Shown here: positions 1-9,107 of the stretch, piece by piece
How the letters are laid out: each line of letters opens with the position of its first letter
Numbering within the stretch: the stretch's first letter is position 1
Assembly: GCA_963676615.1 (NCBI GenBank)
Contig: OY781092.1
Location: 448,001-512,000, forward strand
Length of the DNA stretch: 64,000 nt
Direction: 5' to 3'
From: Candidatus Cloacimonadota bacterium
GTDB lineage: Bacteria > Cloacimonadota > Cloacimonadia > G963667145
Program-made: the position numbers and the translations under genes
Notes under the pieces: model-generated
What the model was told of the DNA's origin: nothing
Database searches by the model: none
The model's input: the letters and a program-made list of their open reading frames with translations, nothing else

Positions 1-56
1 TTTTTTATAAGAATTTATGAAAGATGACATTGTGCGACTTAGTGAAATAAAAAGAT

Positions 57-800
57 ATGAAAATTATTGTTTTTTTCGTTTATATTTTTGTTTACATTCT
101 CAATTCAATTTGGGGGTATGTTTGCTTTTGGAATATTCGTCGCCGGCGACTTTTTTTTATGCGGACGACTTCCAAATGGGCGAAGCGGGCTTTGCGATTG
201 ATGCATTTTGAAGTGGAGACAGAAGGAGTGAAAAACTTGCCGAAAAAAGAAGGTGCTCTGTTTGTCTGCAACCACTTATCATATTTGGATATTGTAATTC
301 TTGCCTCGCTAAAACCTAGTTTGTTCATCACTTCGGTAGATTTAAAAAAGCATATTTTTCAAAGCATTTTGGCGACAATGGGCGGCAGTCTTTTTATCGA
401 GCGGCGCAATAAATCCAGGCTCCTGTTCGACATTCAAGCCACACGAGAGGTGCTGGAGAGCGACTTGCCGATTTGCCTTTTTCCCGAAGGCACAACCTCC
501 AACGGCGTAAGCGTCGGCAAATTCAAAGCGTCGATGTTCGCATCTGCCGAAAACAGCCAAGTGGTGCCAGTTTGCATTAAATATTTGGAATACAACGGCG
601 AAAAGGTGAGCGACGCCAACCGTGACAATCTTTACTACTACGGCAAAATTCGGTTCATCAACCATTTCAAAGGCTTAGTCAAAATCAAAAAAGCGAAAGT
701 TCGTGTGACTTTTTTGCCAGCTGTATCAGGCAGTTTGGGACGCAAAGAGGTTTGTAAAATTTGCAAAGAGAAAATTTTGGCGAGTTATTCCAAGAATTAA
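57..800 (+). CDS. plsC: Lysophospholipid (1-acyl-sn-glycerol-3-phosphate) acyltransferase family protein
   Basis: NHLSYLD (HX4D) and FPEGT acyltransferase motifs; hydrophobic N-terminus. Confidence 0.8.
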   Translation: MKIIVFFVYIFVYILNSIWGYVCFWNIRRRRLFFMRTTSKWAKRALRLMHFEVETEGVKNLPKKEGALFVCNHLSYLDIVILASLKPSLFITSVDLKKHIFQSILATMGGSLFIERRNKSRLLFDIQATREVLESDLPICLFPEGTTSNGVSVGKFKASMFASAENSQVVPVCIKYLEYNGEKVSDANRDNLYYYGKIRFINHFKGLVKIKKAKVRVTFLPAVSGSLGRKEVCKICKEKILASYSKN

Positions 801-1147
801 AAGAAATTTTTCAAGTGCTGAACGGCGTATTTTCCTGCAATTTTGCTATTGGAAACGGCAATGAGGTCGAATCGCAGCTGAAAATTTTCAAACTGCGAAT
901 TTTGCTCCAAAAATTTTTGGGCGGCAAGATTTATTTTTTCGGCTTTTTTTTGGTCAACGCTGAGGATTGCGGTATCTAGATTTTGCCAGCGATAGCGAAC
1001 TTCGACAAAGCACAGCCAAGCCTTGTCCAAAGCGACAAGATCGATTTCGCCTTGGGGACAAAAAAAGTTCTGGGCAACGATTTTGCAGCCTTTGTTTTCC
1101 AGAAAATCTCTTGCTATCTTTTCGTATTTTACGCCTTTGTCGTTCAT
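797..1147 (-). CDS. yraN: YraN/UPF0102 family putative endonuclease
   Basis: G..YE..A..FL...G..I...NF....GEIDLVA......FVEVR...RFDLIAV pattern; start placed at internal ATG (MNDKG). Confidence 0.85.
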   Translation of the reverse strand: MNDKGVKYEKIARDFLENKGCKIVAQNFFCPQGEIDLVALDKAWLCFVEVRYRWQNLDTAILSVDQKKAEKINLAAQKFLEQNSQFENFQLRFDLIAVSNSKIAGKYAVQHLKNFF

Positions 1148-1202
1148 ATAGCGTAGCAGTCCCGAGCGTCGGGCAAAAGTCAAGCGGTTTGTAATCAAAA
1201 AT

Positions 1203-3491
1203 ATGGGGAAAATGAGACAAAATTGGAGTCAAGCTCTAGGATTTGGGCGACTAAAGCAGCTTATAAAGGCGAAAATTCACAGCTCCTTGGGGCAAAATCT
1301 GCTGGAAAATCTTGTTCCTTTGGGCGAAAAAGAAAAAATTTTGGCGAAGCAAGAGCTGATTTGTCAATGTTTGGACTATATTCTCAAAATTCAAAGAGTT
1401 CGTTTTGACGGCTTGACTGATTTGGGAAAAATTTTGCAAAAGCCTGATATTTTAGATTTTGAACAGCTGAAAAAAGTGCAAAAAAATTGCGTTTTGAGTG
1501 GCGATTTTTGTGCGAATTGGGTGAATTTGGACGAGCTGGAAAAAGAAGATTTGCAGTTGCTGGGCAAGAAGATAGAGGATTTGCAGCCGCTTCAGGAGCT
1601 GCGGAGACGGTTTGACAAGATTTTTGACGATAATGGCAAAGTGCGCGAGAGTGCCAGCGCAAAGCTGGGGCAAATTTGCAGCAGGTTGCGGTCGCTGGAT
1701 TTGCAGATAAACAGCCTTTTGGAGAAGCGATATTTGAGCTCACAGCAAGATTTTGTCGCTTATCAAGATGGCAGAGTGATGCTCTTGACTTCCGCTGGGC
1801 GCACGCTGTCGGGGGTTGTGCACGGACGCAGTGCCAGCAGGTCGTCGATGTATATCGAGCCGCAGGAGGTTGTCGCGCAAAATAATCAGCTTTGCGATTT
1901 GCGAGACCAAAAATTGCGGGAGATTAACAAAATTTTGAAAGATTTTAGCGTGGAAGTTTTTTCGCATTCTGAGGCTCTTTTGCGAAATCAAAAAATCTTG
2001 GCGAAGTTGGACTACTATTTTGGTTTGGCGGAGTTCAGCAAGGAGCTTGGTGCGGGCAAAGTAGCGGTTTTGCAGGAGTCGAAGCTGGATTTTAGGGGCG
2101 CTTATCACCCGCTGCTCAAGTTGGATGCCGAGCGGGAGTGCGTGCCGTTTTCTGCTAAATTGGGCGACGATTACAGCTATTTAGTGGTTTCTGGTGCGAA
2201 CGCAGGCGGCAAAAGCGTTTTCCTCAAAGGCGTTGGGCTACTCACGCTGATGGCAAATTGCGGCTTGCTCATCCCCGCAGATCCGCAGAGTCAGGTGGGA
2301 ATTTTCGACAAATATTTTGTGGGCATCGGCGATATGCAGTCGCTGGATAGCCAGCTTTCGTCGTTTTCGGGATATTTGGCGAACCTGAAAAAAGCGCTCG
2401 ATTTCAGCGGCGAAAAATCGCTGGTAATTTTCGACGAGCTTGGCTCTTATACCGACCCAGATCAAGGCTTTGCGCTGGGGGCTGCCGCTTTGGAGACGCT
2501 TTGTGCAAACGGCAGCGTTGGCGTGATCTCCACGCATCTGAACAAGCTCAAACTTTTTGCGCATCACAATAATAATTGTCAGAACGCTTCGATGAGCTTC
2601 GATGCGAAAATGCACAATCCGACCTATCACCTGCAGGTCGGTTTTCCTGCCGATAGTCACGCCCTGGAATTAGCGGCGAATTTGCGATTTAGTGCCTTTA
2701 TTTTGGAAAGAGCAAAGCAAATGCTGGACGCCGACTCGCTTTTATTTTCGCAGCTTTTGTCCGATTTGGGTAAAGAGAAAAACGATTGGCAGAAAAAAAA
2801 TAGCGAGCTGAAAAATGAGCTTGCAGAGGCGGAAATCTGCCGAAAAAGATTTTTGCAAAAATTGGAAGCTTTAGAAAAAAATGAGAAAAAAATAAAAAAA
2901 GAGCAGCTGGCGAAAGCGAAAAAATATTTTGAAAATTTACAGGCGCAGTTTAGTTTGGAGCTGAAAAAGGCGAAAAAAGACCGCAATAGCCAAGCGCTTT
3001 TTTACAAGTCGGCAAAAATTGTCAAAGAGCTTGGTGAGCAAGAGTTTGAGCAGGTTCAGCCTCTAAAAAATGTGGAAGTTGGGCAGACGGTGTTTGTCAA
3101 AAGTTTCGACGAAAATGGTAAAGTCGTCGCCGCAGATGGTGCAAAGGCGAAGGTGGAAGTGGGCGGCTTGCTCGTTTCGTGCGAGCTGAAAAATCTGTAT
3201 CCAGCCAAAGGCAGACGGAAGCAGCAGCCTGTTTTGCGGCAAAAAGTTTTGCAGTCGGTGGCAGCGGCGAAAGAGTTGAAGCTAATGGGGAAAAATTTTT
3301 TGGAGGCCAAAGCGGAAATCGACAGATTTGTGGACGACGCTCTTTTGGCTGGGCTTGATTTGGTGCGGATAGTTCACGGCAAAGGCGTTTTGGCGGGTAA
3401 AGTACGAGACTATTTGCGTCAAAAAAAGCTGAAATATTCTGTGCCGCCAGAAAAATTTGGTGGCGACGGAGTTAGCGAAGTTAGGCTTTAG
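1203..3491 (+). CDS. mutS2: MutS2 family endonuclease/ribosome collision factor
   Basis: Walker A GANAGGKS, FDELGSYTDP, ISTH, coiled coil, KOW-like segment, C-terminal Smr domain (IVHGKG...GGDGVS). Confidence 0.92.
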   Translation: MGKMRQNWSQALGFGRLKQLIKAKIHSSLGQNLLENLVPLGEKEKILAKQELICQCLDYILKIQRVRFDGLTDLGKILQKPDILDFEQLKKVQKNCVLSGDFCANWVNLDELEKEDLQLLGKKIEDLQPLQELRRRFDKIFDDNGKVRESASAKLGQICSRLRSLDLQINSLLEKRYLSSQQDFVAYQDGRVMLLTSAGRTLSGVVHGRSASRSSMYIEPQEVVAQNNQLCDLRDQKLREINKILKDFSVEVFSHSEALLRNQKILAKLDYYFGLAEFSKELGAGKVAVLQESKLDFRGAYHPLLKLDAERECVPFSAKLGDDYSYLVVSGANAGGKSVFLKGVGLLTLMANCGLLIPADPQSQVGIFDKYFVGIGDMQSLDSQLSSFSGYLANLKKALDFSGEKSLVIFDELGSYTDPDQGFALGAAALETLCANGSVGVISTHLNKLKLFAHHNNNCQNASMSFDAKMHNPTYHLQVGFPADSHALELAANLRFSAFILERAKQMLDADSLLFSQLLSDLGKEKNDWQKKNSELKNELAEAEICRKRFLQKLEALEKNEKKIKKEQLAKAKKYFENLQAQFSLELKKAKKDRNSQALFYKSAKIVKELGEQEFEQVQPLKNVEVGQTVFVKSFDENGKVVAADGAKAKVEVGGLLVSCELKNLYPAKGRRKQQPVLRQKVLQSVAAAKELKLMGKNFLEAKAEIDRFVDDALLAGLDLVRIVHGKGVLAGKVRDYLRQKKLKYSVPPEKFGGDGVSEVRL

Positions 3492-3706
3492 CTCTCAAAA
3501 TTTGTTACATTGTTCGATTGAGCAAAATTTTCAAGAATTTTTGCGTATTCCGCAAAACGATGTTCTCTAATGGGTCGGATTTTGGGCTCAGTGTGAAAGT
3601 GCAGAAGCAAGCAGGGCGAGATTTTTTTGTAAGCGTCAACGAACTCAAAATCTGCCAGCTCACCGTTTCTGATTCTTTGTTTTATTTTGTTGTGATATGG
3701 GTACAT
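3488..3706 (-). CDS. Small hypothetical protein (72 aa)
   Basis: ATG with purine-rich RBS immediately downstream of pyk; YH.K.K..I..G.L...EFV..Y..I.P.L.L.F.....PIREHRF.EY recalls a conserved small uncharacterised family (from memory, unverified). Confidence 0.6.
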   Translation of the reverse strand: MYPYHNKIKQRIRNGELADFEFVDAYKKISPCLLLHFHTEPKIRPIREHRFAEYAKILENFAQSNNVTNFES

Positions 3707-3725
3707 TCCTTGCTCGCTGCGGCTC

Positions 3726-5135
3726 TCACGCTCCTATTTGCATTATTTTTATCTGATTTGTGCCCCCAAGCTCTTTGATTTTTCCAAACACAAAAATCGC
3801 CGTATCTCCTTTTTTGAGAAGTTTCTTGCGCAAAATCTCTTTTTCTCCACTTGCAATAACATGAGAGGTAGAAGCTCCCAGCTCGGTCATCACAGGCGTT
3901 ACGCCCCACAATAAGCTCATCTGATTATATGTTTTTTCGTTTGGCGTTAGCGCAATAATCGGGACACGAGGTCTTTGTTTGGTGATCATAGCCGCGGTGC
4001 TTCCCGACATGGTGAACACAATAATCGCTTTGATGTGAGCCTTTTGGGCGGCATCGATTGCCCCGTGCGCAATGGCACATTCAATCGAGTTATCGCCTAC
4101 AAATTTTTTCGTGTAATACTCTATTTCCCTAGAATTTTCTGCACTATGAATAACACGCCTCATGGCAGCCACTGTTTTTTTGGGATACTTTCCTACCGCT
4201 GTTTCGCCGCTGAGCATAACAGCGCTTGTTCCGTCAAAAATGGCGTTAGCGACATCCGTTACCTCCGCCCGTGTTGGCAGAGGCTGCGTAATCATCGATT
4301 CCAACATTTGCGTTGCTGTAATCACCACTTTATCAGCCGCAATGCTTTTGCGAATAATGCGTTTTTGCCAAATAGGAATATCTTCCAAGTTGCCTTCTAC
4401 GCCAAGATCGCCACGCGCAACCATCACTCCATCAACCTCTACCAAAATCTCTTTAAGCGCTCGGACAGCTTCTGGCTTCTCAATTTTTGCAATAACTTGT
4501 TGATTTCCTTTATATCGCGCAATATATTCCTTAAAAATTCGCACATCCTGCGCCGAACGAATGAAAGACAACGCAAAATAATCCACTCCCTGCTCAATAG
4601 CAAAACGAATATCGTTCTTATCTTTTTCGGTCATCGCTTGCGTGCGTTCCAGACCAACAATATTCACTCCTTGTCGCTCTTTGATAACTCCGCCACGAGC
4701 AACATCACACACCACATAATCGCTATGTGTTTCTTTTACCCGTAAACGCACAGCACCCTCGCTAAGAAGAATTATCATCCCAGAACGAACAACGGCTGGC
4801 AACTCCGCAAAATCAACAGGCAAAAGCTCTTGCGAGCCTTCAACTTTTTTTATTGTCAAACTAACAGTGGCGCCTCTTTTTAAGATAAGCATCCCATTTT
4901 TGAGCAGACCCAGCCGAATTTTTGGTCCCTGCAAATCTGCAATAATGCCAATCGCACATTTCTCTTTGTGCGCAAGCTCACGCACTTTTTTTATATTCTC
5001 GGCATGATACGACTGTGTTGCGTGGGAAAAATTCATCCGAAAGACATTAACGCCCGCAGACACTAAATTTTTTAGCATAGTTTTAGAATCGCTGGCAGGT
5101 CCAAGTGTAGCAACGATTTTTGTTCTCTGGATCAC
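3726..5135 (-). CDS. pyk: Pyruvate kinase
   Basis: RTKIVATLGPAS, RMNFSH, DLQGPKIR, IAKIE, MVARGDLGVE, ATQMLESM, AVMLSGETA motifs; AGGAGG RBS before GTG. Confidence 0.97.
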   Translation of the reverse strand: MIQRTKIVATLGPASDSKTMLKNLVSAGVNVFRMNFSHATQSYHAENIKKVRELAHKEKCAIGIIADLQGPKIRLGLLKNGMLILKRGATVSLTIKKVEGSQELLPVDFAELPAVVRSGMIILLSEGAVRLRVKETHSDYVVCDVARGGVIKERQGVNIVGLERTQAMTEKDKNDIRFAIEQGVDYFALSFIRSAQDVRIFKEYIARYKGNQQVIAKIEKPEAVRALKEILVEVDGVMVARGDLGVEGNLEDIPIWQKRIIRKSIAADKVVITATQMLESMITQPLPTRAEVTDVANAIFDGTSAVMLSGETAVGKYPKKTVAAMRRVIHSAENSREIEYYTKKFVGDNSIECAIAHGAIDAAQKAHIKAIIVFTMSGSTAAMITKQRPRVPIIALTPNEKTYNQMSLLWGVTPVMTELGASTSHVIASGEKEILRKKLLKKGDTAIFVFGKIKELGGTNQIKIMQIGA

Positions 5136-5375
5136 AATGACGCCTCCTTAATTTTAGGTTTTATCGCTTATCTAATTTTGAAAAAATCTCTTTTTTTACA
5201 GCATAACTTTTTCACCCTCTAAAATTTATTTATGGATTTTAATTTTTTTGTCAAGGATGGAAAAAATTTTTTCTCCAAAAACTTCGAGAAAATACCCAAA
5301 AAGTAGAATAAATAAAAAATTTGGAGAAAAATTTGGCGAAGCTGAAGTCAGCGAAGTTAGGTTTCGGTGCTCTTC

Positions 5376-5957
5376 TTACAACTCTTTTCGCATTAAATAG
5401 GCGCTTTGAAAATTCCACTTGAAAATTGCGTTAAATGGGAAAGTGGTCGATTTTTTTACGACTCGAAAACCTAATTTTTCGTAGAGAGCTTTTGCTTTTG
5501 GATTTGTGTTGATTACTTGTAACGACGCAAACTTAAATCCTTGCGTTTTGGCGTAGCCAAGGCTGGCGTTTATCAGTTTTGTTCCCGCGCCTTTTCCGCG
5601 GGCGGCTTCTGCCACAGCGATGGCGTCGATATAAAATTCGCCGCTTTTACATCGATAATTGAGCAGCGAAAGCGCCAGAGCTTTAGCTATTCCAGGCAAA
5701 AACCCGAAAATTTTGCACATATTTTTTAGCGAAATTGCCAAAAAACTTTTTCGCTTGGTTTGAAAAGCTAAAAATCCGAGCAGCTTGTTTTGTTCAAGAG
5801 CCAAAAAGCAGTTTTTGCGGTTGTAAGAGGCGTTTAGCAGGGCAACTGCTTTGCTTTTTTGACCAAGTATTGGAAGAAATTTTTCGCCCAAAGCGCTTAT
5901 AAATAGCGCAGAAACGGCGGTTTTGTGCTCGCTGGTCAGCTTTTGTTTGATTTCCAT
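5376..5957 (-). CDS. GNAT family N-acetyltransferase
   Basis: YIDAIAVAEAARGKGAGTKL acetyl-CoA motif A and N..AKALYEKLGF motif B. Confidence 0.88.
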   Translation of the reverse strand: MEIKQKLTSEHKTAVSALFISALGEKFLPILGQKSKAVALLNASYNRKNCFLALEQNKLLGFLAFQTKRKSFLAISLKNMCKIFGFLPGIAKALALSLLNYRCKSGEFYIDAIAVAEAARGKGAGTKLINASLGYAKTQGFKFASLQVINTNPKAKALYEKLGFRVVKKSTTFPFNAIFKWNFQSAYLMRKEL

Positions 5958-6898
5958 AAATCGCCTTCGGAATTTGATATTTTTTTGCCTTTGTCCAAAA
6001 ACTTTTTGAATAGAGGCAGTGAGAAGCTCCACGGCACTTCCGATAGGAGCAGCACCAGTTGCACTTCGGGCGAGAAAAATTTGCTGGCGGCGATGATGAC
6101 GATGCCGTTGTTCATACAGCCAAACATCAGACAGTTGGTGAGTTTTTCGCGTTTTTCTTTTGCGGGAATCAGATAGCCGACCAAAAAGCAGAACAAAAAG
6201 AGCAAAATCATCATTCCAAGCGAGGCGAAAGTTTGCAATTTGGTGAAATTTTCCAGTAGGAAATTGCGGTTGCTAGCCACGATAATTGCCACGAAAAGTG
6301 CGATGCACAGACTGCCGATTGCGCCAGAATTTTCGGCGGTTTTTTTGGCTAATGTGGAGGAGATTTTTTTGAGAGCGAACGCAAAAATTGAGGGCAAGAT
6401 GATCATTTTTGCCAAAAATATGCTGATGCTCAAAATGGGGATTTCGACTTTTGAGCCGAAGAGGATTTGGATGACATAGGGGAAAGTCAGCGGCAGCAGC
6501 GTGGATGTGAGGATGACATAGATGCTCGTCCACAAAACGCGCAAGTTCCACATCCCGGCAATCAGCGGCGACATCATTGCCCCGGGAGCGGCGGCGATCA
6601 TTGTAAGTCCAAGCGCCATCGGCAGCGGCAACCAAAAAACGAGCAAAAAAACGAACAGCGGTAAGACGGTTACCGAAATCACGCTCAGCGCAACGATTTT
6701 TTTGGCGTTAGCTTTCAGGTGCGAAAATTCGCCGAATTCGATTTTTAGATAACCCAAAAAAAGCGCTCCCATCAGCAAAATGTCGGCTTGATTTTTGAGC
6801 GGCGAAAGAAGCGACGGCCGCAGCAAAGCGACGATAACCAGCACCAAAAAAACTGTGCTGAAGTTGTTTTGGATGTAATCGCTGATTTTTTTGATCAT
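5936..6898 (-). CDS. Bile acid:sodium symporter (SBF/BASS) family membrane transporter
   Basis: About 9-10 hydrophobic segments; AAAPGAMMS helix-break motif; C-terminal CMNNG crossover-like motif. Confidence 0.7.
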   Translation of the reverse strand: MIKKISDYIQNNFSTVFLVLVIVALLRPSLLSPLKNQADILLMGALFLGYLKIEFGEFSHLKANAKKIVALSVISVTVLPLFVFLLVFWLPLPMALGLTMIAAAPGAMMSPLIAGMWNLRVLWTSIYVILTSTLLPLTFPYVIQILFGSKVEIPILSISIFLAKMIILPSIFAFALKKISSTLAKKTAENSGAIGSLCIALFVAIIVASNRNFLLENFTKLQTFASLGMMILLFLFCFLVGYLIPAKEKREKLTNCLMFGCMNNGIVIIAASKFFSPEVQLVLLLSEVPWSFSLPLFKKFLDKGKKISNSEGDLWKSNKS

Positions 6899-8793
6899 TT
6901 CAGACCTCTTTTGAAGTTAAATTTGTAGCCAATCACGCCGTCAGTGGGATAGGCATATTCTCGTATCAACTTGTTAATCAGGTGCTTAGATGGCTTGCAA
7001 AAAGACAAATCGAGCAAAAATCGACGGTAGCCTTTTTTGTAGAGATTTTGCTTCTCCTCCATAATCGAGACGGGTTTGTCGGGATAGACAATCGTGAAGC
7101 CGTTTTTGACGGTCTTTAGCAAAGTGAATTGATCAACTTCAATTTTCGCAAAATTTTGGATCGGACAGCGGGAGTAAAAGAGTTTCGGCGAAAAATAAAG
7201 CGGATAGACGCCGTTTTTGTTTTGATAATCGTTTGCCAGCTCCCCCTCTTGCGGATAAAAAAAGTTGTCGCTCTCCAGCTCTAGCGCCGCAAGGTCGTTC
7301 ATCACGGGGTCTTTGTAATAAATCGTGCAGCCCGGCAGCAGCAAATCTTTTTGCTTGGCGAAGCACGAAAAGCGCTTGATTTTCTTGCGATAGAGCTTGG
7401 TAATCAGATTTTGATACTTGGTGAGTGAATTTTCGCTGATAAAATTCGGCAGTTCCACCACGATTTTATCGGCAAATTTTTGAATAAACTTTTGCTCGAA
7501 ATCGAAATTTTCCAGTTCTATTTTTTCAAAATCCAAAATCAGGCGGTCGATATTACGCAAATCGATTTTTCGCAGCCATTCGGGTGAATCGATTTTGACA
7601 AAAAGTTCTCGCTGCGTCTGTGTTTTCTTGCTGGCTTTGGGCAAAATCTTTTGCTCAATTTTGGGGTTGTAGCGAAAATCGAACTTCAGCTTTTGCAGCT
7701 TTTGCGACGGTCTGTAATCTTGGCATCCCGTCAAGAAAACCTTGTTGCCCTTGTTCACGCTTTGTGTGATTTCGTCGGGCAGATTTTGCAGGCAATTTTC
7801 GCTTTTGAGCATTTCGGGCTTAATTTTGAGTTGTTTGGCGTCGTGCCCGCTTGCGCTCATTATGCGGATTTTTTGACCGACTTGCAATTTTGTGTCGCTG
7901 GTTATTTTTAGCTGTTTGCCGTTTGCTTCAATCACTTGTCCCAGCAGTTTTCCAGTGAACGGATAGTCGATAATTGGCTTTTTCAGTTGCGACGAGAAAA
8001 AATACTCGCTTTTTGCCCTGCCAAAATCTTGCACGCTATTTTTTTCTTGCTTATACGCAGCGACCACATTGCGCACATACTCCGCCGACTTCATTCTGCC
8101 TTCGATTTTCAGCGAATCGACGCCAATTTCCTTCAGCTCTGGCAAAATTTGTAGCAGTTGCAAATCGCACAAATTGAAGTAGTATTTGCCGTTGTAACTG
8201 CGGCGGCATGGCTGTTTGCACTGCCCGCGATTTCCGCTGAATCCGCCGACAAAACTGCTGAATAGGCACATCCCAGAGACGCTGTAGCAGAGCGAGCCGT
8301 GCGCAAAAAGTTCCAATTCGGTCTTAGTTTTTTTGCGCAAGTTTTGCAGTTCCAGCTTGGTGATTTCTCGGGCGAGCACGACTCTAGCGACTCCTTTTTT
8401 TTGGGCGAAATTTGCTTCCAGCGAGTTGTGAAAGCCCATCTGCGTGCTGGCGTGCAATGCGAGTTTCGGGAAAAGTTTTTTGCAGATAGCAGCCACAGCC
8501 CAATCTTGAAAAATGACCGCATCGACCTGCAATTTATCCAGAAAATACAAGGTTTTGACGAGCTCGGGCAGCTCCTGGTTTTTGATGAGAGTGTTGAGCG
8601 CCACATAGATTTTCGCTCCGTGAGAATGGGCGTGCCTGAGCAGAAAAGGCAAATCTTCTTTGCTAAAGTTGTTGGCTCTGGCCCGCGCGCTAAAGCTCTT
8701 CAGACCGAGATAAATCGCGTCGGCACCAGCCTCGATTGCGGCAAAAAATGCCTCTTTGTTGCCCGCTGGAGCGAGAATTTCCACCTTTTTGAT
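6895..8793 (-). CDS. U32 family peptidase-like protein (tRNA/rRNA hydroxylation family)
   Basis: EILAPAG...GADAIYLG...FSARARA, HASTQ, VVLARE, HGSLCYSVSGMC...NRGQCKQPCR Fe-S cysteines, SLKIEGRMK; start uncertain (ATC 8793 or GTG 8784 after AGGGAGG). Confidence 0.9.
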   Translation of the reverse strand: MKKVEILAPAGNKEAFFAAIEAGADAIYLGLKSFSARARANNFSKEDLPFLLRHAHSHGAKIYVALNTLIKNQELPELVKTLYFLDKLQVDAVIFQDWAVAAICKKLFPKLALHASTQMGFHNSLEANFAQKKGVARVVLAREITKLELQNLRKKTKTELELFAHGSLCYSVSGMCLFSSFVGGFSGNRGQCKQPCRRSYNGKYYFNLCDLQLLQILPELKEIGVDSLKIEGRMKSAEYVRNVVAAYKQEKNSVQDFGRAKSEYFFSSQLKKPIIDYPFTGKLLGQVIEANGKQLKITSDTKLQVGQKIRIMSASGHDAKQLKIKPEMLKSENCLQNLPDEITQSVNKGNKVFLTGCQDYRPSQKLQKLKFDFRYNPKIEQKILPKASKKTQTQRELFVKIDSPEWLRKIDLRNIDRLILDFEKIELENFDFEQKFIQKFADKIVVELPNFISENSLTKYQNLITKLYRKKIKRFSCFAKQKDLLLPGCTIYYKDPVMNDLAALELESDNFFYPQEGELANDYQNKNGVYPLYFSPKLFYSRCPIQNFAKIEVDQFTLLKTVKNGFTIVYPDKPVSIMEEKQNLYKKGYRRFLLDLSFCKPSKHLINKLIREYAYPTDGVIGYKFNFKRGLK

Positions 8794-8952
8794 AACGCCT
8801 CCCTTATAAGAAATTAACATTGTAAATTTCGTAATACATCCAAATAAAAAACGCCTGCTAGTCAAGGGGAAGTGTGTTTATCTTGCGTTTTGGTTTTTAT
8901 GAGATTTTTTTGAAACAGAAACAGTTGACAACTATTTTGACGCCCAAAATTT

Positions 8953-9033
8953 ATGACTATGAAAAAGAATAGAATCGTCAGTCAGTCAGTCAGTCAAGGG
9001 TGTTTGCGACTTAGCGGTCAAATATATTTATAA
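8953..9033 (+). CDS. Putative leader peptide MTMKKNRIVSQSVSQGCLRLSGQIYL containing a (GTCA)5 repeat
   Basis: Manually translated short ORF ending 10 nt before a terminator hairpin upstream of the lipoprotein gene. Confidence 0.6.
   Translation: MTMKKNRIVSQSVSQGCLRLSGQIYL
8977..8996 (+). repeat. Tetranucleotide simple sequence repeat (GTCA)5
   Basis: gtca gtca gtca gtca gtca read directly. Confidence 0.97.
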
Positions 9034-9043
9034 AGATTTAGTC

Positions 9044-9075
9044 AGGTCTTCCGATTTATTTCGGGAGACCTTTTG
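9044..9075 (+). terminator. Intrinsic terminator/attenuator in the 5' leader of the lipoprotein gene
   Basis: Stem AGGTCTTCCGA / TCGGGAGACCT (11 bp with one G-U) followed by a T-rich tail; lies upstream of the RBS of 9108..10967. Confidence 0.8.
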
Positions 9076-9107
9076 TTGTTGGTAAAAATTAAAAAAAGGA
9101 GAAAGAG

